Assembly (NCBI GenBank): GCA_951406725.2
Contig: OX597819.1
Coordinates: 121,458,001 to 121,522,000, forward strand
Length of the DNA stretch: 64,000 bases
From: Octopus vulgaris
Taxonomy: Eukaryota
Direction: 5' to 3'
The notes under the pieces are model-generated. The model was not told the DNA's origin. It did not search any database and saw only the letters and a list, made by a program, of their open reading frames with translations. Position numbers and translations under genes: made by a program. Shown one piece after another: positions 44,161 to 56,332 of this stretch (positions within the stretch are counted from its first letter, which is position 1; each line of letters opens with the position of its first letter).

Positions 44161-44858
44161 TATTTCAATACCCGTCCGGAGTCTATATATGTTTTGTGAC
44201 TTAGCCTTGAGAAGTAACTCTGCAGCTCTCAATCCCGAGTAAAAGGACATGTTACCTTATTTTTTCTTTTCCTTCCGAGGAGACCAGTAGCTGACCGCAT
44301 GTACAGTCTTTCTTCTCCAAGTCACCAACATTATCCTAAATGAAAAGTAGGGATCGATACAGCTCGGCACCAACCAACATTATCGCAGTTGTTGCCTACA
44401 ATTGAGACTACAAGGTGCTTCAAAAAAGCTCTCAAATTGAACATTCTTGATAAATATTTCAACAGTAAACGCACAATATATACAGGTTAAACCCATACTG
44501 GTAACTATAGCAAAAATAGGCAAAGCATTGGCTACATGGATACTATTAGCATCTACCTAACTTTATTAGTGTCACATTAATGGTCACGTAAAATGTGGGA
44601 GTTTTTTCTGCCGCGCCCATTATAGGTTATCTCTTCTGACGTTCCTTAATGGTCCTTGGATTAGACCTTGATCAATACATTTTCTTATCTATCGACTTTA
44701 TCGATCCAGAAAGGATGATCTTGACGGGATTTAAGTTCGGAGCGCAAGAAAAAAAGAAGAAAGTGCGTGCGTGAGTGTGTGTATGTGTGTGTGTGTGTGT
44801 ACGTGTGTACGTGTGTACCGATGTTTATTTTCATTTTATCGGCATATTGACATTGTGT

Positions 44859-44890
<32 letters not shown>

Positions 44891-45189
44891 CTTGTTATTT
44901 GGCTCCAGCGAACTGGAAGAATTGTTAACACGCCAGACAAATGTTTAGCGGCATGTTTTCCAATTTTACGGTTTTACGCCGAACTCCTTTTGATCCTTTC
45001 GGAGTCAATAAAATATGTAGCTCACAGTGGTGCTCCAGCATGACCGTAGCTGCATGGCTGAAACGAATGAAAGAATAAAAGAATAACTCCCTTACAAAAT
45101 GGCCTGGATTATTCTGCCGTTTCCAAGTCATCGAAAGAACCTCCTTCCAGTTCTTTTACCTCTTACATAGAAAAGCATACTCAGTATAG

Positions 45190-45610
45190 GCCTCCATCAT
45201 CCCCTCTGGTCTTTCACCCCTACCTGCCTTTCGACAAACCCAATAGAAGACAGCACCCCCTCTCTACCCTTACTCTCTTCTTCAAATTGTACTGAAGAAA
45301 TTGACGAGAGCTTGGTCGGATTGGAAAGTGCCTGTCTTCAAACCTTCCAAGCCAGTCCACCTCAAAGCCTCTTTTACCACAGCCTCCAAGTAGAGGAAGA
45401 TGTTTTTTCTTTCTCTGTCAAAGAAAGGTAGTGTCTTGATCTTCACGATACACTCGGCGAACAACCAGATTCTTCTTACACGAGACATCAGCTGTCTAAC
45501 ACAAGCCTGCAAGCTGCTACTTAATGCACGCCGGACGATTTCGTCTTCGGCATGAATTTCAGAGAGGTTCGGCAATTGGCGCCTCCATTTCCGAGGTGCT
45601 ATTCTCAATC
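45190..45610 (-). pseudogene. C-terminal ORF2 remnant of an L1/Tx1-clade LINE
   Basis: ORF 45282-45608 (AVVKEALRWTGLEGLKTGTF...LVNFF) continues after a frameshift as LKKRVRVERGVL; resembles the region after the zinc knuckle in Tx1/L1 ORF2. Recognised by eye only. Confidence 0.55.
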
Positions 45611-46664
45611 ATGTAATGCCTCATCCATCACCACTGTTGCGCTGCCATGCCAAAAACTCTTGGAAGTTGTTCTAGTCTTGGCAGTGGTAATGATGCTGAT
45701 AATAAAGCATATAAATACTGTTTTTTTCCCCCGTCTAATACATTAATTAATTAAGGCAAATTAATACATCTGTTTAATTTGAGTTCTTATCCCGCGGTAA
45801 GTAAGCGTTGTTTTAGCAACAACAGTCCCTTGGTCTGAATTTTTTTTATATTTGGTGGTTAACCCAGCAAGATATATTCACCCGCTTATAGGGGTCACTT
45901 ATCTGAATGCTATTTGGAGAATTTGCACAGATTTAGATAGAGATCGGTGTTTCTAATCCACCAGTTTCACCTTATCGATTTCAAATTCCAACCGGTTTCA
46001 ACTTTAACCTCTTGGATCGAAAACAATATCAAGTGTTGCTGTTAATTGACACCGGTCAGATATGATCGGACAAATCAGTAACCAAAAGTATTCCAGCCAT
46101 GCCCACCTCTACCCCATTATTTTTCTTAGTCATTGTATCTAGGGCTCTGTTATGTTATATGGCCTTCTTTATGTAATCCAGTTGGATGTGTTGTAAAGGA
46201 ATTCTGGCGTTTGTTTCTAGCAGGCTGATTGACCATGCAGAGATAGTGAGAGAGAGGAGGAAGGAAGGAGAGAGAATGGGGGTCCTTGTTAGCTAGATAG
46301 AAATACCGTCATCATCATCATCATCATCATCATCATCCCTCCCACACCACCACCAACACCACCATTCTTATCACTATCACTACCATCATCATCAACATCA
46401 TCACCATCACCATCCACCTACATCCGCTTTCCCCTAATCTCCGCCCCCACCTTAGGGCAGAATACCAATAACCCAATGCTTACCAATCCTCCCATCTTTC
46501 CCCTCCGTAAACTTTTGTTTTTATTTATTTTTGTATTTATAATTTAATTAAGGAATTTTGGGGTAAATGATACTTTTATTTCGAGTATTTAGTTGTGTGT
46601 GACGCGCGCGCGTGTTTGCAGATATATATATATATTTCTCTGTCCTTCTGTTTCACTCATTATC

Positions 46665-46694
46665 TGTCTATCTATCAGTTCATCTATCTCTCCG

Positions 46695-46753
<59 letters not shown>

Positions 46754-46758
46754 GTCTG

Positions 46759-46805
<47 letters not shown>

Positions 46806-46843
46806 GTCTGTCCATCTAGCGGTCTATCTATCTATATATCTAA

Positions 46844-46876
<33 letters not shown>

Positions 46877-46914
46877 GATCTATCTATCCATCTATCTGTC
46901 TGTCCATCTAGCGG

Positions 46915-46981
<67 letters not shown>

Positions 46982-47008
46982 GTCCATCTAGCTGTCTATC
47001 TATCTATA

Positions 47009-47069
<61 letters not shown>

Positions 47070-47165
47070 GTCTGTCCATCTAGCGGTCTATCTATCTATC
47101 CATCTAGCGGTCTATCTATCTATCTGTCCATCTAGCGGTCTATCCCTCTATCTCTATCTGTCTTT
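46665..47165. repeat. (ATCT)n with higher-order unit CCATCTAGCGGTCTAT
   Basis: The interrupting unit recurs about six times within the tetranucleotide tract. Confidence 0.9.
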
Positions 47166-47247
47166 CTGTCTGTCTCTATGTTTGCCTGTCTGTTTGTCGG
47201 TCTGTCTATCTATGTATGTGTCAGTGTGTGTGTATGCACATGTATAT

Positions 47248-47293
<46 letters not shown>

Positions 47294-47422
47294 TTTATAC
47301 ATAACTGTGTGTGTATGTGTGTGTGTGTGTGCGTGTGTGCATACACACACACATATATACACACACGCACATGCACACGCACACTTGAAATATATGTGTA
47401 TACGTGCGTGCGAGCGCGTGTA

Positions 47423-47464
<42 letters not shown>

Positions 47465-47810
47465 CGTATATATGTATATATGTATGTATAATGTTAGCAA
47501 TATTATTTACCATTTCCGAAGTACTTACTCGTGCCCCTGGTCTCAAACTGCTGGATCCCTTTAACTAATAATGCATATTTGGAATAACACAATCACTTGA
47601 TGTGATCGGATGTAGGGAGATAGGATGGGCGAGGGGGGGAGAGAGAAGAGTAAAGAAAGGAAAAGATAAGACAAGGTTTCGAGATAAGGGACCCAATAGC
47701 CATCTGTCAGTTCGTGTATTTATCATTGACTCTTATCTCCAAACACGACCCTCTCCTTACTCTCCACCCACCCCCACATCATTAGTACCCATCATCAGCT
47801 GCAGCAGCAA

Positions 47811-47851
<41 letters not shown>

Positions 47852-48134
47852 GCAGCCGCAGTAGTAGTAACGGTATAGCAACGGAAGCGTCTTTGTCACA
47901 GGGCACTGCCATTCGTATCACGATAATCATCATGATCATCATCATTATCATTATCATCGTCAATACTCGTCCTTTGCTCGTCACTAATCGTTGTCTTGGT
48001 TGGTCACCACCACCACCATCACCAATCCCATCACCACCACCATCTCAACTACTACTCATCATCATCATTATCACCATCATCATCATCACCACCAGCACCA
48101 GCACCGCCCCCAGCAATGCCATCATCATCATTAT

Positions 48135-48368
48135 ACCTATTTCTTTACTACCCACAAGGGGCTAAACACAGAGAGAGGACAAACAAGAACAGACAAACGG
48201 ATTAAATCGATTACATCGACCCCAGTGCGGAACTGGTACTTAATATATCGACCCCGAAAGGATGAAAGGCAGAATCGACCTCGACGGAATTTAAACTCAG
48301 AACGTAACGGCAGACGAAATACGGCTACGCATTTCACCCGGCGTGCTAACGTTTCTGCCAGCTCGTCG
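48135..48368 (-). mobile_element. SINE family B, long-tail form with TSD
   Basis: Full element; minus-strand flanks TATAATGATGTTGAT and TATAATGATGATGAT. Confidence 0.9.
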
Positions 48369-48699
48369 TCAATCAACATCATTATAATCATCATAGTTAT
48401 CGCGATTTCCTCTAACATCATCTAACATCAACATCGAGCCAGCGTGGGGCCCTCTGAGTGGTTTCACAATCTGGTAGAAATAGCAGCCAAACTCCCACCA
48501 AATCAGAAACCCTTAGTTTCGAGATTTCGATCAGCGACTCCCACCCAGGGTTCCTAACTTATCTTTTGATTGAACCAACACAAAAGATGACTCGAATCCT
48601 CCTCTATCTCTCCAACGACATTAATGTAAGAACTTCCTGGATTGGTACCTTTCTTTGAAGAATCAGTATGAACTTTCTCCTTCCAGATTCTCTTAGTTT

Positions 48700-48800
48700 T
48701 CTGCTAAATTCCTCAGAGAGGTGAGCACCTATTTTGGCACATGCCTTCATTCCATCATGGAAATTTTCATTGAGTGTTTTTCGCTGTTCCGGCTACGATC
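48700..48800 (-). pseudogene. Short RTE-like reverse transcriptase remnant
   Basis: Minus strand reads FHDGMKACAKIGAHLSEEF, similar to the RTE RT segment that precedes GVKQG; the rest is missing. Confidence 0.35.
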
Positions 48801-48872
48801 TGCCATAGTAAGCAAAACACTAAGAGGAGAGGTGCCTATGCCTGAAGCTTTTGAAGTGCAGAAAGCACCCCC

Positions 48873-48904
<32 letters not shown>

Positions 48905-49042
48905 ATTCACGCACACACACACACACACAGGAAGCAAAAGATAGAGATCTCCACCTACATTGACTCCATATACTTACACATCTTCACAAATACATGCTAT
49001 TGTAAACAGGTGGACCGAACAAAAAACAACATGCAGCTCAAT

Positions 49043-49335
49043 ATGCCCACGGGCGAGCTACTAGACCCAAGATTCCGAGTTCGATTCCAGACAGTGACCT
49101 GAATAATAATAACAATAATAACAACAACAACAACAACAACAACAACAATAATAACATCGAAAAATACTTGAGGAATGAGAGCCCACATTCGAAATTTCTT
49201 CCCCAAGACACCTGATGAAGGCTGGAGGGTATACCAACCGAAACGTTGTGTTAACAACAAAGAAGATGAGGACAAATATCCGTCAAATGTAAATAATGTA
49301 AATCATTTTTCATCTCTTAAATATAGAACTGTATT
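49043..49335 (+). mobile_element. tRNA-headed SINE-like element carrying a hammerhead, with 12-bp TSD
   Basis: B-box GAGTTCGATTCC 49077-88, (AAT/AAC)n linker, hammerhead, AT-rich tail; direct repeat ATGCAGCTCAAT at 49031-42 and 49336-47. Confidence 0.7.
49207..49252 (+). ncRNA. Minimal type I hammerhead ribozyme inside a SINE-like element
   Basis: Stem I GACAC/GTGTT; CTGATGA 49212-18 plus one extra A; stem II GGCTGG/CCAACC (one mismatch); GAAA 49240-43; minimal palindromic stem III ACGT; triplet GUU. Confidence 0.75.
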
Positions 49336-49876
49336 ATGCAGCTCAATGCTCAATGCTGAAAACTTTCAATCACTCCACTATCGGCCCACAGATTGCAGTC
49401 TAAATACTCAACAACAGCGGTTTTGCAATCCTGCAATCGCTGCATTATTATGAGTGATAATTCTTTGATACACTCGCATATTATACTAGGATGGCAACAA
49501 GGTACATACGACTCCGAGTTTAATCAGAACAATGTTGGTTCTGTAGGGAGCATCTTTTCTCAGTTGTCGGGTCTACAGCTCCAATTGCGGACCTGGATAC
49601 AATTCAACGTTGTTACACCAAGAAGATTTCTTCAATGCAAAATTGCTTCAAATGAGCTCCTGGACCCCCACCCCAAAAAAAAACCGTAAGGACCAAGACC
49701 CCATAAAGCAAAGACAGGAGAGATAAATAGTGATATACATACATATTTATAAGATACGCGCACACACGATTGGCCTATTTCAGTTTCCGTCTACCAAATC
49801 CACTCACAAGGCTTTCGTCAGCCTAAGGTTATAAATACATACATATATGTATGTAAATATCCTTATGTGTGTGTAT

Positions 49877-50040
49877 AGGCGCAGGAGTGGCTGTGTGTTA
49901 AGTAACTTACTTATAAACCACATGGTCCCGGGTTCAGTTCCACTGTGTGACTCCTTGGGCAAGTGTCTTCTACTATTGCCTCGAGTCGACCAAAGCCTTG
50001 TGAGTGGATTTGGTAGACGGAAACTGAAAGAAGCTCGTCG

Positions 50041-50121
<81 letters not shown>

Positions 50122-50405
50122 ATGTGTATGTGTGTGTGTGTCGACCAAAGCCTTGTGAGTGGATTTGGTAGACGGAAACTGGAAGAAGCCCGTTGTATAT
50201 GTATATGTATGTATATGTGTGTATATGTTTGTGTGTCTGCGTTTGCCCCCACAACATCGCTTGACAACCGTAAATAGCGGTTCGGCAAAGAGAGACCGAT
50301 AGAACAAGTACTTGGCTTACAAAGAATAAGCTCTGGAGTCGCTTTGCTCGACTAAAGGCGGTGCTCCATCATGGCCGCAGTCAAATGACTGAATCAAGTA
50401 AAAGA
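49877..50405 (+). mobile_element. SINE family A with an internal duplication
   Basis: GTCGACCAAAGCCTTGTGAGTGGATTTGGTAGACGGAAACTG occurs at about 49985 and again at about 50140, either side of (ATCT)n; an inverted partial copy lies at 49770-49830. Confidence 0.9.
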
Positions 50406-50696
50406 GTGTGTGTGTGTGTGTGTATGTATGCATGTATGTATGGATAGGCATACACACATATACGCACAGCTACACATCTGTGTGAGCTGCATTAGTTCTA
50501 CATACGTGTACACCATGTATCGATCTCCTTTCCTATTAGGATTTAGACTTCCATAACCACTCACACGCGATTATGTCATTTGTATCTTCCATATACTTCG
50601 CTTCCGTGTTTTTCTTAGCTGTGCTTAGCCACAGGCGCAAGTACAGGCCAACACAACGCATACTTATGAGCGTGCATGTGTCTATAACTGTATATT

Positions 50697-50750
<54 letters not shown>

Positions 50751-50752
<2 letters not shown>

Positions 50753-50903
50753 GGAGTAAGCACATAAATGTGAAGCAAGGTGGAAAAAAGTGTACTCAAA
50801 TACCAGAGGTAGAGTAATATGCTTTATTTAAAAGCAGCAGAAATATAACAATAGATGTTACTCATAGTTTCACGTTCCCGTTCGTCGGACAGTTTAAATA
50901 AAG
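50751..50903 (-). mobile_element. Short hammerhead-bearing repeat, same family as 5257-5336; motif at about 50855-50895
   Basis: Minus strand AAACTGT-CCGACGA-ACG-GGAA-CGT-GAAA-CT-ATG-AGT-A-ACAT...TTTCTGCTGCTTTTAAATAAAG, collinear with the 5257 copy. Core U4 is changed to C. Confidence 0.7.
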
Positions 50904-50952
<49 letters not shown>

Positions 50953-50968
50953 TATAATAATAATAAGG

Positions 50969-51010
<42 letters not shown>

Positions 51011-51014
<4 letters not shown>

Positions 51015-51187
51015 AGAGTTTACGAAAAAAAACAACAAAAGACGAAGACAGGTGGTGTACAAAACAAACAGATGTATTAGTATAACACTCAGGAATAGTA
51101 AAAGTCTTTTACGTTTCGAGCCTACGTTCCTTCTACAGAAAGCAACACAGAATAAACAAGGAGAGAAAAAAATGTGTGTAGTGGCTA
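51011..51187 (-). mobile_element. Short repeat with variant minimal hammerhead (51106-51142)
   Basis: Minus strand CTTT-CTGTAGA-AG-GAAC-GTAG-GCTC-GAAA-C-GTA-AAAG; stem I CTTT/AAAG; core has U at position 6; lies between (TA)n and (CA)n. Confidence 0.55.
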
Positions 51188-51189
51188 TG

Positions 51190-51274
<85 letters not shown>

Positions 51275-51620
51275 GATCGTTATATAGTTTTCTTTTATTC
51301 GAGTGAATTAGGCTCACAGCTGTTTCCAGTTACCATTATAGGTACGTTACTGATTGGTTTACTAAATTGATCTATTGAACAGTTGAAAAAAAAATTACCT
51401 TGTTTGATTGGGGTGCGACCACGGATTTACAATAGAGATCGGTGATGACCTATAAGCTCGGACCCTGGAATTAGATTACTGGAGTTCTTTACCAATCTAA
51501 TCAACATTGTTAACCTGGTATGGCAACAGAGGGCTTATGACGTATTTATTCCGGATTGATAGCTCCAATACATACATACATACATACATACAGGCATACA
51601 TACATACATACATACATACA

Positions 51621-51651
<31 letters not shown>

Positions 51652-51654
51652 GGA

Positions 51655-51820
51655 GGAATTACAACCGTGTTTCGTGGTCTGCTACCACAACATCTCCTTT
51701 ATAGGATCCAGTTAGCTCAAGACATCATCAGGAGAAACCACATCCGGTTTCGGCCCCTACTCCTCTACCGTTTTGACGTGGGGCCCCACCCCCTTCGGAG
51801 GTGTCTTCAGGTCTGTTGTT
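51655..51820 (-). ncRNA. Two tandem degenerate hammerhead-like cores
   Basis: Minus strand: CTGAAGA(51810-04), hairpin CACCTCC/GGGGGTG, stem GGCCCC/GGGGCC, GAAACCGGAT; then CTGATGA(51731-25), insert, stem GTGGT/ACCAC, GAAACACGGTT. Stem I pairing is poor in both. Confidence 0.45.
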
Positions 51821-52461
51821 GGGTGCATGTCTTCTTTCTTCTTCTTTCTTCTGTTCTTTCTATATATATATTTCGTTTTTGGATTTGGCGTGCAAGATTC
51901 TTTATGTGAGTTCGTGTGTTGATGCATATTCTGTTGTGCCTGGGGAAAGTCATTCTCTTTTATGTATTTCAGTGGCGGGATGTTCGGGCTTAGCCCGAGT
52001 ATAAGTTTAGTAAAGGGAACGTGTATTTGCAAGCTGATTTAATTTCTGCCAACCCTGACTTCAAGTATGTAATTTCAGCCTATAACTCGGGCTTCTTGTG
52101 TTGAGTCTGGTCACAGTTCATTTATTTTCGTTCAGCGTCTAGCGGTCGTTGTAAAGTTGCCCAGTGTCAAAAAACATCATTCCTAGCAGACGTTCTCTCG
52201 ACATAGTTCACACGCGCCTGAATCGAACTCAGAAGTAACAGCCTGAGCTGTTATCTATGATCGTAAAAATTAAAAGTAATTCAAATTCAATGTTTTCTTG
52301 AAACAATAAATTTCTTTAGAGATTAGGATTTAAATTTCAGTCTGTGAAGAAGTTTCCGTTCTACAATATTCCGAAAGGAACGGAAAAAATTATCCAGCAA
52401 CTCGGGGCTAAAACGAATGAACCTGGTAGGTGAGGCAGACTAAGTGGTATCTCTTGTCAAA

Positions 52462-52695
52462 GGGCGGCGAGCTGGCAGAAACGTTAGCACACCAGGTGAA
52501 ATGCTTAGCGGTATTTCGTCTGCCGCTACGTCTTGAGTTCAAATTCCGCCAAGGCCGACTTTGCCTTTCATCCTTTCGGGGTCGATAAATTAAGTACCAG
52601 TTACGCACTGGGGTCGATATAATCGACTTAATCTGTTTGTCTGTCCTTGTTTGTCCCCTCTGTGTTTAGCCCCTTGTGGGTAGTAAAGAAATAGG
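52462..52695 (+). mobile_element. SINE family B, long-tail form with 15-bp TSD
   Basis: GGCGGCGAGCTGGCAGAAACG...GAAATA; GGTATCTCTTGTCAA (52445-59) and GGTATATCTTGTCAA (52695-709). Confidence 0.9.
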
Positions 52696-53239
52696 TATAT
52701 CTTGTCAAGAGTACAGGCGATAGTCAGATAGCGGATGTTTGTTGTGCACTCTGCTGTCGTTATTGATTGTCATTGTTCTGCGCGTCAGTATGAGTTGTGT
52801 TTTGCAGGGCTGATTTATTTTTACCCTTAATTTAGAAAGGGATGAAAACATAGTGTGCTAGATATAAAAAAAATAAGCCATTTGGGGCGGAGAAACATGA
52901 AATTCTTCGAGCAGGCGTGTGTCCTATGCAAAATCTGTGATGAGCCCGAGTAACGAAATTTGTGATGAAAGCATGTGACGCTGATGACCTTGAGTCGCCT
53001 CTGATATATATATATATATATATATTTATATCCAATAAATTTTTTGCTAGTTTATTTTGTCTCTTTGTCTTCTCTCCTGGTTCTGTATGAACATTTAATG
53101 TGGTTTTAGAGTCAAGTTTTGGCTGCTATATCTAGCATGGTGGTATCTTTTAGAAACCTTTAATCATAATTTTATATATATATATTAGTAAATCCCCCCC
53201 CAAAAAAAAAAACGAAGAGCAAACACAAAAAAAAAATCA

Positions 53240-53415
53240 CGCGAGGACGTGGTACATGTAAAGTATTAGCAGACGCTCAGGGAAGGAAAAAAGATTGTTT
53301 AACGTTTCGAGCAGACGCTCTTCTTCAGCAACAGAGGAAAGTCCAATAGAAAAGGAAGACGGAAAAGGAAAATCGCCAACTAGTCACATGTGGTTACATT
53401 TTGAAATGATCGGAA
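53240..53415 (-). mobile_element. Short repeat with minimal type I hammerhead (53296-53333)
   Basis: Minus strand TGTTG-CTGAAGA-A-GAGC-GTCT-GCTC-GAAA-C-GTT-AAACA. Canonical core, perfect 4-bp stem II, stem I TGTT/AACA with a mismatch next to the core. Downstream similarity (CCTGAGYGT...CTAATAC) to the 51011 element. Confidence 0.7.
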
Positions 53416-53548
53416 GGGAAAGGGTGAAGAAAAAGTTCTTTCTAAGACAGGAGAGTGTAAGAGAACGAGGTATGTGTGGGTATGTGCGTGCAAGTCTGTG
53501 TGTGTGTGTAATCTATAATATAAATCGTGTGTACATACATACATACAT

Positions 53549-53591
<43 letters not shown>

Positions 53592-53595
53592 CTTA

Positions 53596-53816
53596 CAGTG
53601 TGCGGCAGAAGTAACGCCACTTTTGCTTTTAACGATTTTTTATTATGTATAAATGTTTATTAATTAATTCTTTTATTGAACACAGATTTATTGCATTACT
53701 TAAAGAAACAGATGATAAACTAATGAAAAAAATCGCAGAAGTTTTAGGAAATCAAAAATAAAACTTAATTAGAAATTAGAAAACGCAAATATAAAAAGGC
53801 GTTACTTTTGCCGCAC

Positions 53817-53820
<4 letters not shown>
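53596..53820. mobile_element. Tc1/mariner-type MITE
   Basis: 23-bp TIRs CAGTGTGCGGCAGAAGTAACGCC (53596-618) and GGCGTTACTTTTGCCGCACCCTG (53798-820), 2 mismatches; TA on the left flank. Confidence 0.8.
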
Positions 53821-53881
<61 letters not shown>

Positions 53882-53894
53882 AGACACTCTTTTT

Positions 53895-54054
53895 TTTTAC
53901 TTGTTTCGGTCATCTGGAGCACCGCCTTTAGTCGAGCAAATCGACCCCCAGCCCAATACTTATTCTATCGGGCGTTTTTGCCGAACCGCTAAGTTACGAG
54001 GACGTAAACACACCAGCATCGGTTGTCAAGCGTTGATGGTGGGAACAAACACAT

Positions 54055-54113
<59 letters not shown>

Positions 54114-54272
54114 CATATATACGACGGACTTCTTTAAGTTTCCATCAATCAAATCCCCTCTTAAGGCTCTGGTCGCCCCGAGGCTGTAGTAGAAGACACT
54201 AGTCCAATGTGCCACGCGGTGGCATTGGACCCGGAACCATATGGTTCGTAAGCAAGCTACTTACCACACAGG
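53895..54272 (-). mobile_element. SINE family A
   Basis: Reverse complement of head (GCTACTTACCACACAG) and tail (TGGAGCACCGCCTTTAGTCGAGCAAATCGACCCC). Confidence 0.9.
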
Positions 54273-54386
54273 CATATATATATCTATAAATTTTTTTTTC
54301 AAAAGTACGGAAGGCTGAAACACCAAATAGGCCTTATTGCGATACCTTTAGAGCCAGGAGTTTTCCAGTGCCGACTTGCATATATA

Positions 54387-54465
<79 letters not shown>

Positions 54466-54559
54466 TGAATTATATTTCATCCTTTACTTCGGAAAGTTCC
54501 ATAAATTCTCATAACACACCATATACATACATACATACATACATATATAAATATATATG

Positions 54560-54601
<42 letters not shown>

Positions 54602-55500
54602 CACACACACAGAGAAAGAGAGACAAAGAGAGAAAGAGGAAGAGAGAGGGAAAGGGAGAGAGAAAGAGTGGTATATATACATACACACACGTGCGTGGAA
54701 ATCAAAGAATCGAATTTGGAATTAATATAAGTTACAAATTAAATTACTTGTTTCCTATTATGTAAAAAGAAATAATAATTAAAAAAAAAAAACGAATAAA
54801 ACACAAAACAATACGTAGTTAGACATACAGACAGACAGACAGACAGATAGACAGCCGAGACAGCTTGTCAGACAGACAGTCAGACATATACAGCTTGGTT
54901 TTTTTTTTCGTGTTTTTTTTGGGTTTTCGTTTTTCGTGTTTTTTTCTTCTTTCACGTCAAGTGTTTTCACTGAATTAATTTCGTAGTCAACCATGACACA
55001 AAAATATTTGCTTTTGTTTTCGTTTCTTCAGTTTTTTTTCTGTTTTGTTTCGTTTCGTTTCGTTTTTTTTTTCTCACTAGTTTAATCCTCGACTTTCGAT
55101 AAGTATGTGTGTGTGTGTGTATGTGTGATGAAATAAAGAAAAAACTGTAAATAAATTAAGCGCTCTATTTTTTTTTTCTTTTGTCTGTGTTGACAAATAT
55201 ATTTACTACATTTGTTTTTTTTTTTTACTATTCATTATTATTTTTTTCTTGCTTCTTTTTTCCCTCTGTTTATATTATTTTTCTTATTTCGTATTATGCT
55301 GTACGTACGTTCAATTTACCCCCACTCTCTCACTGTCTCTCATTCTTGCTATATATATATATATATATATAACATGGTATAAATACATACATATATATCA
55401 TATAATATGCATATATATATATATATTTATACACACGCAGGTACTCAAATGCACACGCACACACGCTTATATAGATAGATACATTGATAGATATGTATGC

Positions 55501-55566
<66 letters not shown>

Positions 55567-56076
55567 GTACACATCTATATAAACATGCATGTGCATATAT
55601 TTACATATATGTATATGTGTGTTGTCAGTTCAATATGCATACTTAATACTCGACAAGGATTCCCTGCGCCGGGGCCGACCTTGCTTTTCATCCTTTCGGG
55701 GTCGTTAAATTAAATACGAGCTGCATCCTGGGGTTGATTTAATCGACTGACCCCCTTGCCCAAAGGTTCGCGGGCCTTGTGCCTAGAGTAGAAAAGAGTT
55801 TTGTAACAACCTGTCATATGAGTGAGAGGAGTTGGGGGTAGAATGAGCTTGAAAAAATGCGATGAACAACGGCCACTGACTGTGATTATTTGCATAACAT
55901 TATATTGTTTTGCCAAGTGCAATAACGAAAGAACTAACGCAGCGTATGCGTGAATAAGCTGTGTAAGCCATATTTTGTTATTTGTCTGGATGTATGTTTA
56001 TATGTACGTATATTCACGTGCTCACATGTGCGTGTGTACATATGTGTGTGTGTGTGTGTGTGTCTGTATGTGTCTG

Positions 56077-56127
<51 letters not shown>

Positions 56128-56142
56128 GTCTGTCTGTACATA

Positions 56143-56191
<49 letters not shown>

Positions 56192-56208
56192 GTCTGTCTG
56201 TACATATA

Positions 56209-56260
<52 letters not shown>

Positions 56261-56275
56261 TATGTACAGACAGAC

Positions 56276-56332
<57 letters not shown>

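Larger units (their letters stand above)
48930..49400 (+). pseudogene. CR1/L2-like reverse transcriptase remnant interrupted by the 49043-49335 element
   Basis: Joining across the TSD gives WTEQ..NMQLNAENFQSLHY, similar to the W...N.M.FN..K motif after the RT core of CR1/L2 LINEs. Confidence 0.45.

Noticed and set aside
45290-45340. CTGAAGA...GGAAAG on the plus strand
   Set aside because: No stem I/III; explained as antisense of the L1/Tx1 remnant.
46800-47145. Regularly recurring CCATCTAGCGG units resembling a CRISPR array
   Set aside because: Spacers are (ATCT)n rather than unique sequence; eukaryotic higher-order microsatellite; no cas genes.
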